64,000 nt of DNA from a virus (Duplodnaviria > Caudoviricetes), in IMG/VR virus record IMGVR_UViG_3300032038_000021, positions 54,901 through 118,900 of that record; one strand, given 5' to 3'. Position numbers and translations under genes: made by a program. How positions within the stretch are numbered: the first letter of the stretch is position 1; every line of letters begins with the position of its first letter. Below, one piece after another: positions 13,231 through 24,199 of this stretch. Below the pieces are notes generated by a model. It ran no database searches. It was not told the origin of the DNA and saw only the letters and a list, made by a program, of their open reading frames with translations.

Positions 13231-15381
13231 TTAAGTAGTACTACCATCGTATAATAAATGGTATTCAGAATCATACCATTTAAATATCTTATAGATTCTA
13301 TTTACTTTAGTAATATTTATAACGAAATATACAGGTCTTTCTTCTCCAGTTTCTGGTAGATCGTTTTCTGATAAATAATAGTTATATCCCACAACATCAG
13401 GATTACCAAGAGATTCAAGATCATAAGCAAATATACGATTCAATAACCATCTCTCTTTTGCATTATATCCGAATATGTCGTTCTTTCCACCATAGTCAGC
13501 ATATTCATTTCTATAGAATAATAGATAGCTTCTATACCAAGAAATGACAGAAGCTTTAAACAATTTATCCCATGATTTAGACTTATTGGATACAACTACA
13601 TTACGAGCAGAATATGTATCAGAGGGATCAAAATAACTCCATCTAGATTCATTTATCAGATTATATATTTCTGCTTTATCATCTTGGAGAGCTTGTCTCA
13701 TTTGAGTTGTGACTCTATACTCTAGATCTTCTATATAAGCTCTCATATTATCATATTCTTCAATAGCTGTATCTATTGTATCATTATATTCTACAAGAGC
13801 TTCAGCAATTTTAGTATTGATAAGATCTGGAGTAACTTCACCGGTACATTCATTTACAGCTTCTACAAGCTGATCCATATATCTATCTATAATAATCTTA
13901 TATCTATTAAACGATTGTACCATTAACTCATATTTCTCTTGAGATGCTAAATCAGAAACATCTACATATAATCCACCGGTATCAGCAACCTGAATACCAT
14001 TATGATCTTTATCGGATATATTTACATAAGTTCTGAAAGTGTAATTATCCATAAAGGTTTGGGTAGTCTCTGTAGCATAACCGACATATTTATTTACATT
14101 ATTTAATCTATCGTCATATTGATAGTTTTGACCAGCTATATAAAATTGCTCAATATTTGGATTATATCTAATTACTGTATGCTCATCTATTCTTAGATCA
14201 GATCCTAAAGATAAACTTAATATATAACTACCATTATGGAACGGTAATTGTATTGTTCTGGATTGAAAATCTATATATCTAGATTCTGCATTCATGAAAT
14301 ATATAGTTCCTACCTGTTTAATCAGATCGATCTGATCCTGATCAGGAGTTCCTGTAGTATCTCTTTCTACTTCACCAATAAACGTTCTCTTTCCACTATA
14401 ATAGGTATACATCTTTCCTTCTGTAGTAATATACAGCATATTCTCTACAGGATTATTTGGAATCTGATCTACAATACAGAATGGATCTGTATAAAGACTT
14501 TGATATAAATATAGCTGCATTCTATCATAACAGAAATAAATATAAGACTTACGCCTTTCATTATATGACGGTAAGAATTGGTATTTGATAACTTTAAGAA
14601 CTCTAGTAGTAGGAACTCCATAAGAATCGTAACCAGTATCCTCAGAAACCATCTTAGGAGGATATTGAACCCATTTCCGCCAAATATAGGTTACTTTACC
14701 TCCCTCTTTCTCAGGTTCTACTCTAGTTCTTACAAATATTCTATAACCGTTAAGAGTTACTCTACTATTATCAGTAATATTAAATTCTTCTATATAAGAA
14801 TCTCCAGTAAGATTCCAACGAGAAGTATCATCTACAGTAACAGAAATATTACCTATTTCTATTCTATTATTCTTATTAAAATTACCAGTAAATTCAGAAC
14901 CTTCAGTAAGTTTAATTACTAAAGTAGATTCATAATCTAAATCATCTTCTTCATTTACTTCCCAAGCTAGAGACAACCCAGTAAGAGTCATATCTACAAA
15001 AGAATTCTTTATTCTAAATAATTTCTTTCCCGATAATAATACATTACCAAGATTTAATTTAAGAGCAGTATTTTCTATAAATATAGCATAACCATAAGAA
15101 GCAGATATTCTTTGATAATTATTAAGAGATACATTAGATCTAACTCTCATAGTATCTAAATCTATATCAAAGTTTATCTCATCTTCTCCGGTATCTTCTT
15201 CACCGGATGTATCTTCATTAAAATCGCTCTCTGAGGAAGAATCGTCTCCATCCCCTAAGATTACACTATAATCTCCAAATTTTACATCAGAGCGTTTTAC
15301 CACCTCTGTATCAGTATCTAAACTGATATCCTGAGAAGCGGTATTATCGATATTTTCATCTAATTTTATATTTTTAGACAT
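13231..15381 (-). CDS. Putative virion structural/tail protein (716 aa)
   Basis: Long ORF in the tail module; N-terminal part shares the beta-helix cap (W.LTGDSYI) with its neighbour; C-terminal helical region. Confidence 0.6.
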   Translation of the reverse strand: MSKNIKLDENIDNTASQDISLDTDTEVVKRSDVKFGDYSVILGDGDDSSSESDFNEDTSGEEDTGEDEINFDIDLDTMRVRSNVSLNNYQRISASYGYAIFIENTALKLNLGNVLLSGKKLFRIKNSFVDMTLTGLSLAWEVNEEDDLDYESTLVIKLTEGSEFTGNFNKNNRIEIGNISVTVDDTSRWNLTGDSYIEEFNITDNSRVTLNGYRIFVRTRVEPEKEGGKVTYIWRKWVQYPPKMVSEDTGYDSYGVPTTRVLKVIKYQFLPSYNERRKSYIYFCYDRMQLYLYQSLYTDPFCIVDQIPNNPVENMLYITTEGKMYTYYSGKRTFIGEVERDTTGTPDQDQIDLIKQVGTIYFMNAESRYIDFQSRTIQLPFHNGSYILSLSLGSDLRIDEHTVIRYNPNIEQFYIAGQNYQYDDRLNNVNKYVGYATETTQTFMDNYTFRTYVNISDKDHNGIQVADTGGLYVDVSDLASQEKYELMVQSFNRYKIIIDRYMDQLVEAVNECTGEVTPDLINTKIAEALVEYNDTIDTAIEEYDNMRAYIEDLEYRVTTQMRQALQDDKAEIYNLINESRWSYFDPSDTYSARNVVVSNKSKSWDKLFKASVISWYRSYLLFYRNEYADYGGKNDIFGYNAKERWLLNRIFAYDLESLGNPDVVGYNYYLSENDLPETGEERPVYFVINITKVNRIYKIFKWYDSEYHLLYDGSTT

Positions 15382-15397
15382 TTATAATACCTCCTTC

Positions 15398-18300
15398 TCA
15401 AGACTCTTCAGTAATTCCGCTATAAGAAGCAATACTAATAACGTAATCACTGTTACCTTCAATTATGAGAGTATTATTAGTATTAACGATAGTTACTATT
15501 TTATCATTATTATCTCTAATAAGACTATTACTATTATTCGTAATATTCCTTAATCTACAATTCCCGGTAACTATAAACTTAGAATTATTGTCAATATTCA
15601 AATCACAATAACCTTCTGATCCAACAGCACCACCATTAAATGATTCGTCGTTTATAATAGCTCCGGTTAACTCAGAGACATTAGTAAGATTTATAGTAAG
15701 AGTAGATAATGAATCCCAATAGACATTTCCAGTAACTAATTGGCTACTCATATTGACAATACATTTACCACCATTAGATCCTGGAGTTCCTCTATTTTTC
15801 TTACCACTATTACCAGTAACCCTTATAAAGAAATCACTACTATTATCTCTTATAATATTCGTATAACTTAAATTGATCTCAGCTTCAGTATTGGTAATAT
15901 AGAAAATACCACCGTGCTTAGATCTAATATTACCACCATTAGAGGTAAATTTACATATACCAGAATCAGTGATAAAATCATTAATCTGATACATACCAAT
16001 ACCATAACTACAATCATTATCGGAATCATCCGCATGATTAAACGTAGATATTGTATTATTATATTCAACCTCACCAGCTCCAATAATATCTATTAATTCC
16101 GAAGCTACAGTAGTAAGATTTGCATTATCTACAGTAATAACACCACCATTATTTACAATAGCAGGAGAATCAAATCCACCAGTATAATACGTACCGTGGT
16201 CTACTTTAATAGATCCTCCTCCCTTAGATACTCTAATCGCAGGAGATTCTACCGATGTATTTGTACCTGCAGTTACATTTGTACTATTAGCTTCGATAAT
16301 ACCACCGTCTGCTACTTGTAATCCAGCAGATTCACTCTCTAACGTAGAGATATTTACACTATCTGCTTTAATATGAGAAGCAGCACTATAAGCGAATAAA
16401 GCATTACCTCCCAAAGCAAGAGTATTAATAGTAGTATTACTTATCTCCAATCCACCATTAGAAATCAATACAGCAGATCCAACACCATATCTTTCTGAAT
16501 TCTTTCCTCCAGTAGATTTATCATTTGATCTAATAATAGTAGCATTATCTATATATCCTAAAGCTCCTAAAGAAACCCATATAACAATTTCATCTACAGC
16601 AACATCAGGATTATCTACACCAGCAATACTATTAGTATAAACTCCACCATCTAAATCATAATCAACGGTATAATGATAAGCTCCTCTTAATACATATATA
16701 TCCGGATCTATTGGTACTGGTGGTGGAGTAGGAGTATCTCCTTCATCGTCATGAGGAGGATTATCATCTTCGTCATAACCATCTGGATATACAGGATCTG
16801 TAGATCGCTCGTTGTGTATATACAAACCTCCGGTAGCAATCTCAGAACTATTATCACTAATATTACCGCCTGATAATATAATATTACATTCACCAGATAT
16901 ATCTATAGGAGCTATAGATCTATCATGAGTAATAGTAACAGATTTAAGAGTAATATCAGAATCTTTTACTATAATTCCATTAGATCCTACACCAGCTACA
17001 GATATAGTAGAATTCTCTAAATCTAAGAATCCATCCCCTTCAACTCTAGCACCAAAAGATTTAGGTCCTGTTGTAGAAAGATTCAGATTATCTCCTTTAA
17101 TAACTCCCTTATCCATAGCTATAGCAGCACTAGAATTAATAGACTCTGTTAATACTTCTACATTAGTAGCATTAACAATACTACCTTCTCCAATAGAAAT
17201 TATACCATTAGCATAAGTAGCTTTACTATTAATATCAGAATTCTTTAAAGTAAGATTTCCACCATTTGTAACTAATACTGTAGTATTAGAAATATCATCG
17301 GTAAACTTAGAGTCACCAGATTTCTTTATATGAATATCTTCTAACTCTACCGCAGTTCCGTCAACTAATAGACTATGTTTATTAGACGTAGAAGTTACAA
17401 CAGTATCTCCACTTTCTACAACACCGGCAGATTCATCTCTAGCCATTTCATCTATCAGTTGTAGTATCGGATCTATATCTATAATCTTACCAGTAAATAC
17501 TAATCGATCTCTAGATACGTCATTATACGTAATTCTATCATCTGTATCATAAAGAGTAAATGTAGTATTTTCACCAACAGTAGTCTTTTCTATAATAACA
17601 ACATCTTCTTCAGATATTGTATTATCTTCACTGGTATAATGAACTACTGATCCTACAATAAAATCACTAGCAACTCTATTAACGTAAAGAGTTCTTTCTC
17701 CGATATTGATATTAGAATACTTATCTATATCCAAATTAGTAATGAAAGAATCTTGAGTTAAGACCCAATCCCCATCTCTCATTACAATATTTATTTTTTC
17801 TGCTGTATCAATGGTATTAATAAATCCAACAAGATTACCATTTTCCATAAGGTTGATATATAATGTAGAGGTATTATCTACATATATACCACCAGAGAGA
17901 TATCCAGCAGATACGTTCAGATATACAATAGAGTTATTTACAACTCTAAAAATACTTCCACCATATAAATTACAATTAGTGAGATTGATAGTAACCTCAG
18001 CACTATTTATATAGATATTAGCACTATCTTCAGCACCATAAGAATTCATATATGTATTGGAAATATCCAGAGTTATGTTGTTATGATCGTTATTATAATC
18101 GACAACATTAATACCATATTTATTAGCATAAATACTAGATCCACTGATAGAAATAGCTCCGGGTTGAACTCCGTTTACATTAATACCATTATCCAGATCA
18201 GATCTAATAATAGAATCAGAAATTCTTATAGTACCAGTATTTTCTCTATCAATATTAATTGCAGCAGATCCTTCACCCTTAGCAGTATAAGAACCCCCAT

Positions 18301-19882
18301 TTAATACTACATTGCCAGATAAAGGTACCATATTTACCACATGGGATCTTTCTCCCTCCGTACTCAATGTAGCATTATATAAGTATAAACTTCCACCATG
18401 AGACGAAGAAACTGCAGACGAATTATCTCCGGTGGTCTCTATAATAGAATCATTTACAGAAACACTAGAACTATTATAAGAGGTAACACCAGGAGATCCG
18501 ATACCTTCTGTAGTAATATAAGTCTTATTAGCAACAGTAACATTACTTTCATTTACGAATACAGCAGCATTATTACCATATTCATTCGCATCATATTCAT
18601 TACTATTACCAGACTTAATAACTCTTGATGTAGATAATATACCTGAGGTGGAGATATATTCACAAGCGTGCTCATTATCATTTTCATTGGTGAAAGTATC
18701 AATATATTCTACTTCACCTTCATCTTCTTCTCCACCCTCTTCTCCTTCTGGAATATATTTATAACCACTTACCCAAAGAGTATATCCGTTAAGGTTTATC
18801 GTTGAGGTTTTATCTAACGTGAGTTTAGAGATATAAGCATCACCAGTAAGAGACCAGAAACTATTAATAAGAGTTACATTAACAGTTCCAGATTGTCCAG
18901 ATTGATTTATTCTACCAGTATAACTACTATTCGATTTAAGTTCTAAATTCAATTCAGAATTCTCGTCTACTTCTATTATACCTGATAGAGTCTGATTAAT
19001 AGCAGTAAATTTAGTTTTACATTTACTACTAGTAGTATTAATAACAGATAATAGTTTATTATAACCATTATTTAGCTTTACTCCAGTAAGATTAATCTCA
19101 CCGTCAGCATTTTGTACTTTAAATACTGTAGTATATTCCGGTCTGTCTATATTGATAGCACCACCATTAGCAGTAAACGTACCACTAATCTTACCAGATT
19201 CAGATCCAATATATACTCCAATAAAATCTTCACTATGATCTATAATATCATCTTCATCCTCAGGATAATATCCAGAAGCATTAATATTGATTGTAGATTC
19301 TTGGCTATTGATAATAGCTTCATCGCCAATAATATGAAATCCGTCTGACATATTAGACGACATATTATCTACGTTAAAGAAGTTAAGATCAGATCTTACT
19401 ATAGCGATAGGAGATTTTTCACTCCTGGTTATAATATTACCACCTCTTACAGTAGTAGTATAACCGTATATATCCAAAGCTGCAGAATTCTCATAATTAC
19501 TTATAATATCACAATTATAAGCTTCTACAGATCCGCCATAAGTGGCAATTACAGGAGAATTCTCATTATTCGTATAGATAGCACTTCTATAAACAATAAG
19601 TTTTGTTTCTACATCTCTACCAAATATAGCAGGAGAATATTTTCCATTACTATCTATATAGCAATCATATAATGTAAGATTTGCTCTATTCTTAGCAAGA
19701 ATAGCAGCATTAACGCCCGTAGAGGGCGCTAATGCAGAATTTGTATCACCAGATTTTCTTACTCTTACTTTATTATAAGAAGTATAAACACCATCTGCTG
19801 TAATAGCATTAGTGTCATGATCTCTAGAAGTATATACAGCATCATAACTAGAGTCTGGATTAATAGTGATCAAATCAGGCAT
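15398..19882 (-). CDS. Right-handed beta-helix repeat protein, putative tail spike or adhesin (1494 aa)
   Basis: Four modules starting KSG..S.....G.NAA.L/V with I.T.G..S.A repeats and W.LTGDAYI caps. Confidence 0.7.
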   Translation of the reverse strand: MPDLITINPDSSYDAVYTSRDHDTNAITADGVYTSYNKVRVRKSGDTNSALAPSTGVNAAILAKNRANLTLYDCYIDSNGKYSPAIFGRDVETKLIVYRSAIYTNNENSPVIATYGGSVEAYNCDIISNYENSAALDIYGYTTTVRGGNIITRSEKSPIAIVRSDLNFFNVDNMSSNMSDGFHIIGDEAIINSQESTININASGYYPEDEDDIIDHSEDFIGVYIGSESGKISGTFTANGGAINIDRPEYTTVFKVQNADGEINLTGVKLNNGYNKLLSVINTTSSKCKTKFTAINQTLSGIIEVDENSELNLELKSNSSYTGRINQSGQSGTVNVTLINSFWSLTGDAYISKLTLDKTSTINLNGYTLWVSGYKYIPEGEEGGEEDEGEVEYIDTFTNENDNEHACEYISTSGILSTSRVIKSGNSNEYDANEYGNNAAVFVNESNVTVANKTYITTEGIGSPGVTSYNSSSVSVNDSIIETTGDNSSAVSSSHGGSLYLYNATLSTEGERSHVVNMVPLSGNVVLNGGSYTAKGEGSAAINIDRENTGTIRISDSIIRSDLDNGINVNGVQPGAISISGSSIYANKYGINVVDYNNDHNNITLDISNTYMNSYGAEDSANIYINSAEVTINLTNCNLYGGSIFRVVNNSIVYLNVSAGYLSGGIYVDNTSTLYINLMENGNLVGFINTIDTAEKINIVMRDGDWVLTQDSFITNLDIDKYSNINIGERTLYVNRVASDFIVGSVVHYTSEDNTISEEDVVIIEKTTVGENTTFTLYDTDDRITYNDVSRDRLVFTGKIIDIDPILQLIDEMARDESAGVVESGDTVVTSTSNKHSLLVDGTAVELEDIHIKKSGDSKFTDDISNTTVLVTNGGNLTLKNSDINSKATYANGIISIGEGSIVNATNVEVLTESINSSAAIAMDKGVIKGDNLNLSTTGPKSFGARVEGDGFLDLENSTISVAGVGSNGIIVKDSDITLKSVTITHDRSIAPIDISGECNIILSGGNISDNSSEIATGGLYIHNERSTDPVYPDGYDEDDNPPHDDEGDTPTPPPVPIDPDIYVLRGAYHYTVDYDLDGGVYTNSIAGVDNPDVAVDEIVIWVSLGALGYIDNATIIRSNDKSTGGKNSERYGVGSAVLISNGGLEISNTTINTLALGGNALFAYSAASHIKADSVNISTLESESAGLQVADGGIIEANSTNVTAGTNTSVESPAIRVSKGGGSIKVDHGTYYTGGFDSPAIVNNGGVITVDNANLTTVASELIDIIGAGEVEYNNTISTFNHADDSDNDCSYGIGMYQINDFITDSGICKFTSNGGNIRSKHGGIFYITNTEAEINLSYTNIIRDNSSDFFIRVTGNSGKKNRGTPGSNGGKCIVNMSSQLVTGNVYWDSLSTLTINLTNVSELTGAIINDESFNGGAVGSEGYCDLNIDNNSKFIVTGNCRLRNITNNSNSLIRDNNDKIVTIVNTNNTLIIEGNSDYVISIASYSGITEES

Positions 19883-19930
19883 GTATATACCTCCTTTCTA
19901 TTAGAAGAGTCATGATTCTTCCTCCTCTTC

Positions 19931-22900
19931 TTAATCTTCTGTAGTATCAGGTTCAACAGGAGTGGTAATTTTAATTCTTTCTGCATATATATCTGTAGAA
20001 TTATACTCTACATCAGGATCAGATTCTGCAGCTTTGGTAAATGTGCTATTATTTACAACATTTACTCTATCTATCTGACTATATGTTTTTCTGGAATATT
20101 CTCCTAATCGATAATTGTACGTAGATCCATTATAAGCATATTGAGTATCCCCGTCAGTATGATCAAGAATCTCATCGTCATCTTCACTACCATAATCGGC
20201 AATATCATCCAAATCGTCAGACTCTTCTCCATACTCGCCAACAGAAAGTATTTGTTTAACTCCTCCTTGCCTAGTAATCATAAAGTCTTTACTCATATTT
20301 ACAACAGATTCAGGATCTTCATCTTCCACATCTTCACTACCATAATTAGACAAATTAATAGTATAGATAGATCCGTCATTTCTAGTTACTATAATATCAT
20401 CTTCAATATCATCCCCAGCTAAACTGATATCTTTGATAAGATTATTATATCCTATAGTATTAAAACTAGCCCAAGTTCCATCTCCTCTAAGGAAGCTAAA
20501 CGTTCCAGCATTTGCTCTAGGAGTTATACCAGCTGATGCCGTAGATAAATTGGGTAATTGTCCCCAAGTTCCATTAGATCTAAGATAATAATTCGTACTA
20601 GCATTATTTGGAGATGGGACCAAACCATTATTACTAGTAGAAAATGTACTACTGATATTTGCGGTAAATGTAGTACCGTCACCACGAGTAATAATGAGCT
20701 GATTTGGATCAGCATCGCTCTTTACTATATTCTTTACATATCCATCTATCTGATTATCAGAAGTATCATATTTAGCTTTATTTACAGTACCATTAGTAAT
20801 AGCATCACTAATAGCCTTCCTTGTCATTGTACCATCTGTACTGGTACCAGTAGAAGAATAAATCTTTACTAATCCTTCACTACTACTGGTAGCACTACCA
20901 TAAGTAGTATTATTATCCTGGGTAGTAATAGTAAATGTAGATCCATCTCCTTTGGTAAATGTAACTGTTTTACCTGATACAGAAGCGTTCTTGATATAAG
21001 TGGTATTAATAGTATTACCACCACTATCCTTTGTAGCAGCTGCAGCAGTACCGCTAGTACTAAGCTTGCCATCTAACTGACTCTTAATGGCACTCTGTGT
21101 CATTGTACCATCGGTATTTGTACCAGTAGTAGTATATAATTTAGTTAATCCAGCAGCTGCCGTTGTACCAGTGCCGTAAGTAGTATTATTATCCTGAGTG
21201 GTGATACTAAACGTAGACCCATCACCCTTAGTAAAAGTAACAACCTTACCAGATACTTCAGCATTCTTAATATAAGTGGTATTAATGGTATTACCACCAC
21301 TATCTTTAGTAGCTGCAGTTGCGGTAGCAGTACTATTAAGTTTACCATCTAATGCAGATTTAATAGCATTCTGCGTCATAGAACCATCTGTATTTGTACC
21401 AGTACCAGTATAAAGCTTAGTTAATCCAGCACTAGTAGAAGTACCTATACTATAAGTACTATTATCATTCGTATCTTGAGTAATAATAGTAAATGTAGAG
21501 CCATCTCCTCTGGTAAATGTAACCACCCTACCATTTACACTAGCATTCTTTATATATGTAGAATCAATAACCTGATCTCTATTATCTTTATTTGCAGCAA
21601 CTGCTGTAGCAGTACTATTAAGCTTACCATTAATAAGAGTAGACAATTCACTTTGTCTAATAGTACCATTCGTATTTGTACCTGTTGTAGAATATAATCT
21701 GGTTAATCCAGAGTATGTAGAACTACCTACACTATATGTACTATTATCATTCGTATCTTGAGTAATAATATTAAACGTACTACCGTCACCTTTAGTGAAA
21801 GTAACTGTAGTTCCATCTATTTGAGCATTCTTAAGATATGTACTATCAATTACTTGATCTTTATTATCTTTTACAGCAGCTACTGCTGTAGCAGAAGATC
21901 CAAGTTTATTATCAGTAAGATCAGTAAGAATAGTAGATAATTCTTTCTGTCTAATAGTACCATCTGTATTAGTTCCGGTAGTAGTATATAATTTGGTTAA
22001 TCCTGTATTAGCAGTATTACCGGTAGCATAAGTAGTATTATTATCTTGGGTAGTAATAGTAAATGTAGATCCATCTCCTTTTGTAAAGGTAATTACTTTA
22101 CCATTAATACCAACACCACTGATATAAGTATTAGCAATATTATGATTATTACCGTCATTATTAGCAGCATAAGCAGTACCAACTGTACTAAGCTTACCGT
22201 TTAATAAATCTGTAAGATTCTTTTGATCTATACTACCATCTAAGTTATTCCCAGTACCACCATAGATCTTAGTTAATCCTAATGTGGTAGAAGTACCTTG
22301 AGCATACGTAGTATTATTCAGATCAAATTTGAAAGTAGATCCATTTCCTTTCTCCATTGTTATTCTATTAATATCACTGGAGAAGGTGGCTCCAACTAAA
22401 CCATTATTCTTTATACTTAATAATTCTTCTGATACTTTCTTCTGGGTGATTGATCCGTTTGTATTACTTCCAGTAGTACTATATAATTTTACTAATCCTT
22501 CTTTATTACTGTCTACAACAGCTTGAGCATATGTAGTATTATTATCCTGAGTAGTAACTTTGAAAGTAGAACCATTACCTCTAGTAAAGGTAACTGTAGT
22601 ACCAGATATTTGAGCATTCTTGATATAAGTATCAGATATATTTTGTCCTTCAGCGTCTGCTTTTGCTCTAACAGCTGTAGCTGTTGTGGCTAATTTGGTT
22701 TCTAATAAATCTGTTGTAGCTTTCTGATTAATAGCACCAACAGTACTACCTCCAGTACTAGGATAAAGCATTACAAAACCAGCAGAAGCAGAAGTAGCTA
22801 TTGTAGATTCATCTACCTTGGTATCCTGAGTAACAATACTAAACGTACTATTATCACCTCTAGTAAATGTAACTACTTGACCATTTACATTTACATTCTT

Positions 22901-24076
22901 AATGTACGTGGTATCTATCTGCTGGTCAGCACCATCATGAATAGCAGCTATAGCAGTATCTCCAACATTCATTTTACTATTAAACGCTGAATACAATGCT
23001 GCTTGTGTCATGGTACCGTCCATATTCACACCAAGAGAAGAATATAATTTTACTAATCCTAAATTACTAGCAGTAGCCTCAGAATATGTGGTATTGTTAT
23101 CTACAGTCTCTATATTAGTAGTATTCCCATTACCCCAAGTAATGGTAAAGACATGACCGTCTAGAGAATTCTGAGTGATAGACTTAATATAAGTATTAGC
23201 AATATTTTGACCTTTACCGTCAAATTCTGCACCATAAGCAGTAGCACCAGTAGACATTTTTCCATCCAAAGCTTGTTTAATAGCTTTTTGTGTCATGGTA
23301 CCATCTTCATTATTACCAGCTTCTTTATATAATCTGGTTAAACCTGCATAAGTAGAATTACCACCAGAATAAGTTGTATTATCATTAGTATCCTGAGTAC
23401 TAATGGAAAATGTAGATCCATCTCCTCTGGTAAAAGTTACAATTCTACCATTTGCTAATACGCTCTTTATATAGGTTTGATCTATCACATTACCTTTATC
23501 GTCAGCAACAGCTTGAGGAGCTTTACCATCCTTAGTAGATACTTTACCGGCTAATAATTCTGTTATTGCTTTCTGGGTAATTGTACCATCTGTATGATTA
23601 CCAGATACAGAATACAATTTAGATAATCCAGAATATGTAGAATTACCAGTAGAATATGTAGTATCTAAGTCTTGTGTATTTACAGAAAAGGTAGAACCAT
23701 TCGCTTTATAAAATATAATAGAATGGTTACCAGAAGATACAGCATTTGTAACAAACCCGACATTGCCAGGAGTTGCAGTTCCATCTGTTACATAAGTCCA
23801 GTTTAAATTTACTGGATCGTAGTGATATAACTGATTGGTACTGATCGCATAATATATTACGGGTTCAGGATTCTCAAGAGCAAAAATTTCAGTCTCAGTA
23901 TCATATATGACAATACCAGACAGAGGAATTCTTCTATCGTCTATATCTGCGTAAAATTCATCCGTATCCATACAGATATTTAGAGATCCGTTTTTAAAAG
24001 CTGATTTATTAAAATTGGCTTTCGAACCTCGTCGGAAAGAAAAATCCACATTATTAAGAAGAGTATTATCAGCCAT
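19931..24076 (-). CDS. Long tail fibre with ~11 Thr/Gly-rich ~95-aa repeats
   Basis: Repeated TTY..G.....GL.KLY..TG.NTDGT.TQ...YIK...G..VTFT.GDGSTF module; degenerate FRRG N-terminus; acidic YGSE motifs at the C-terminus. Confidence 0.8.
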   Translation of the reverse strand: MADNTLLNNVDFSFRRGSKANFNKSAFKNGSLNICMDTDEFYADIDDRRIPLSGIVIYDTETEIFALENPEPVIYYAISTNQLYHYDPVNLNWTYVTDGTATPGNVGFVTNAVSSGNHSIIFYKANGSTFSVNTQDLDTTYSTGNSTYSGLSKLYSVSGNHTDGTITQKAITELLAGKVSTKDGKAPQAVADDKGNVIDQTYIKSVLANGRIVTFTRGDGSTFSISTQDTNDNTTYSGGNSTYAGLTRLYKEAGNNEDGTMTQKAIKQALDGKMSTGATAYGAEFDGKGQNIANTYIKSITQNSLDGHVFTITWGNGNTTNIETVDNNTTYSEATASNLGLVKLYSSLGVNMDGTMTQAALYSAFNSKMNVGDTAIAAIHDGADQQIDTTYIKNVNVNGQVVTFTRGDNSTFSIVTQDTKVDESTIATSASAGFVMLYPSTGGSTVGAINQKATTDLLETKLATTATAVRAKADAEGQNISDTYIKNAQISGTTVTFTRGNGSTFKVTTQDNNTTYAQAVVDSNKEGLVKLYSTTGSNTNGSITQKKVSEELLSIKNNGLVGATFSSDINRITMEKGNGSTFKFDLNNTTYAQGTSTTLGLTKIYGGTGNNLDGSIDQKNLTDLLNGKLSTVGTAYAANNDGNNHNIANTYISGVGINGKVITFTKGDGSTFTITTQDNNTTYATGNTANTGLTKLYTTTGTNTDGTIRQKELSTILTDLTDNKLGSSATAVAAVKDNKDQVIDSTYLKNAQIDGTTVTFTKGDGSTFNIITQDTNDNSTYSVGSSTYSGLTRLYSTTGTNTNGTIRQSELSTLINGKLNSTATAVAANKDNRDQVIDSTYIKNASVNGRVVTFTRGDGSTFTIITQDTNDNSTYSIGTSTSAGLTKLYTGTGTNTDGSMTQNAIKSALDGKLNSTATATAATKDSGGNTINTTYIKNAEVSGKVVTFTKGDGSTFSITTQDNNTTYGTGTTAAAGLTKLYTTTGTNTDGTMTQSAIKSQLDGKLSTSGTAAAATKDSGGNTINTTYIKNASVSGKTVTFTKGDGSTFTITTQDNNTTYGSATSSSEGLVKIYSSTGTSTDGTMTRKAISDAITNGTVNKAKYDTSDNQIDGYVKNIVKSDADPNQLIITRGDGTTFTANISSTFSTSNNGLVPSPNNASTNYYLRSNGTWGQLPNLSTASAGITPRANAGTFSFLRGDGTWASFNTIGYNNLIKDISLAGDDIEDDIIVTRNDGSIYTINLSNYGSEDVEDEDPESVVNMSKDFMITRQGGVKQILSVGEYGEESDDLDDIADYGSEDDDEILDHTDGDTQYAYNGSTYNYRLGEYSRKTYSQIDRVNVVNNSTFTKAAESDPDVEYNSTDIYAERIKITTPVEPDTTED

Positions 24077-24161
24077 GATTATTATCTTCCTTTCATATTT
24101 ATAGTTACACGAAACAAATAACGATATTTAATAATATGTGCAAAGCTAACAAATATAGCAA

Positions 24162-24196
24162 ATTCTCAGTAGAATTGTTTATCCTACTGAGAATTC
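24162..24196. terminator. Intrinsic terminator
   Basis: AATTCTCAGTAG...CTACTGAGAATT hairpin after the GT2 gene. Confidence 0.7.
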
Positions 24197-24199
24197 GTA

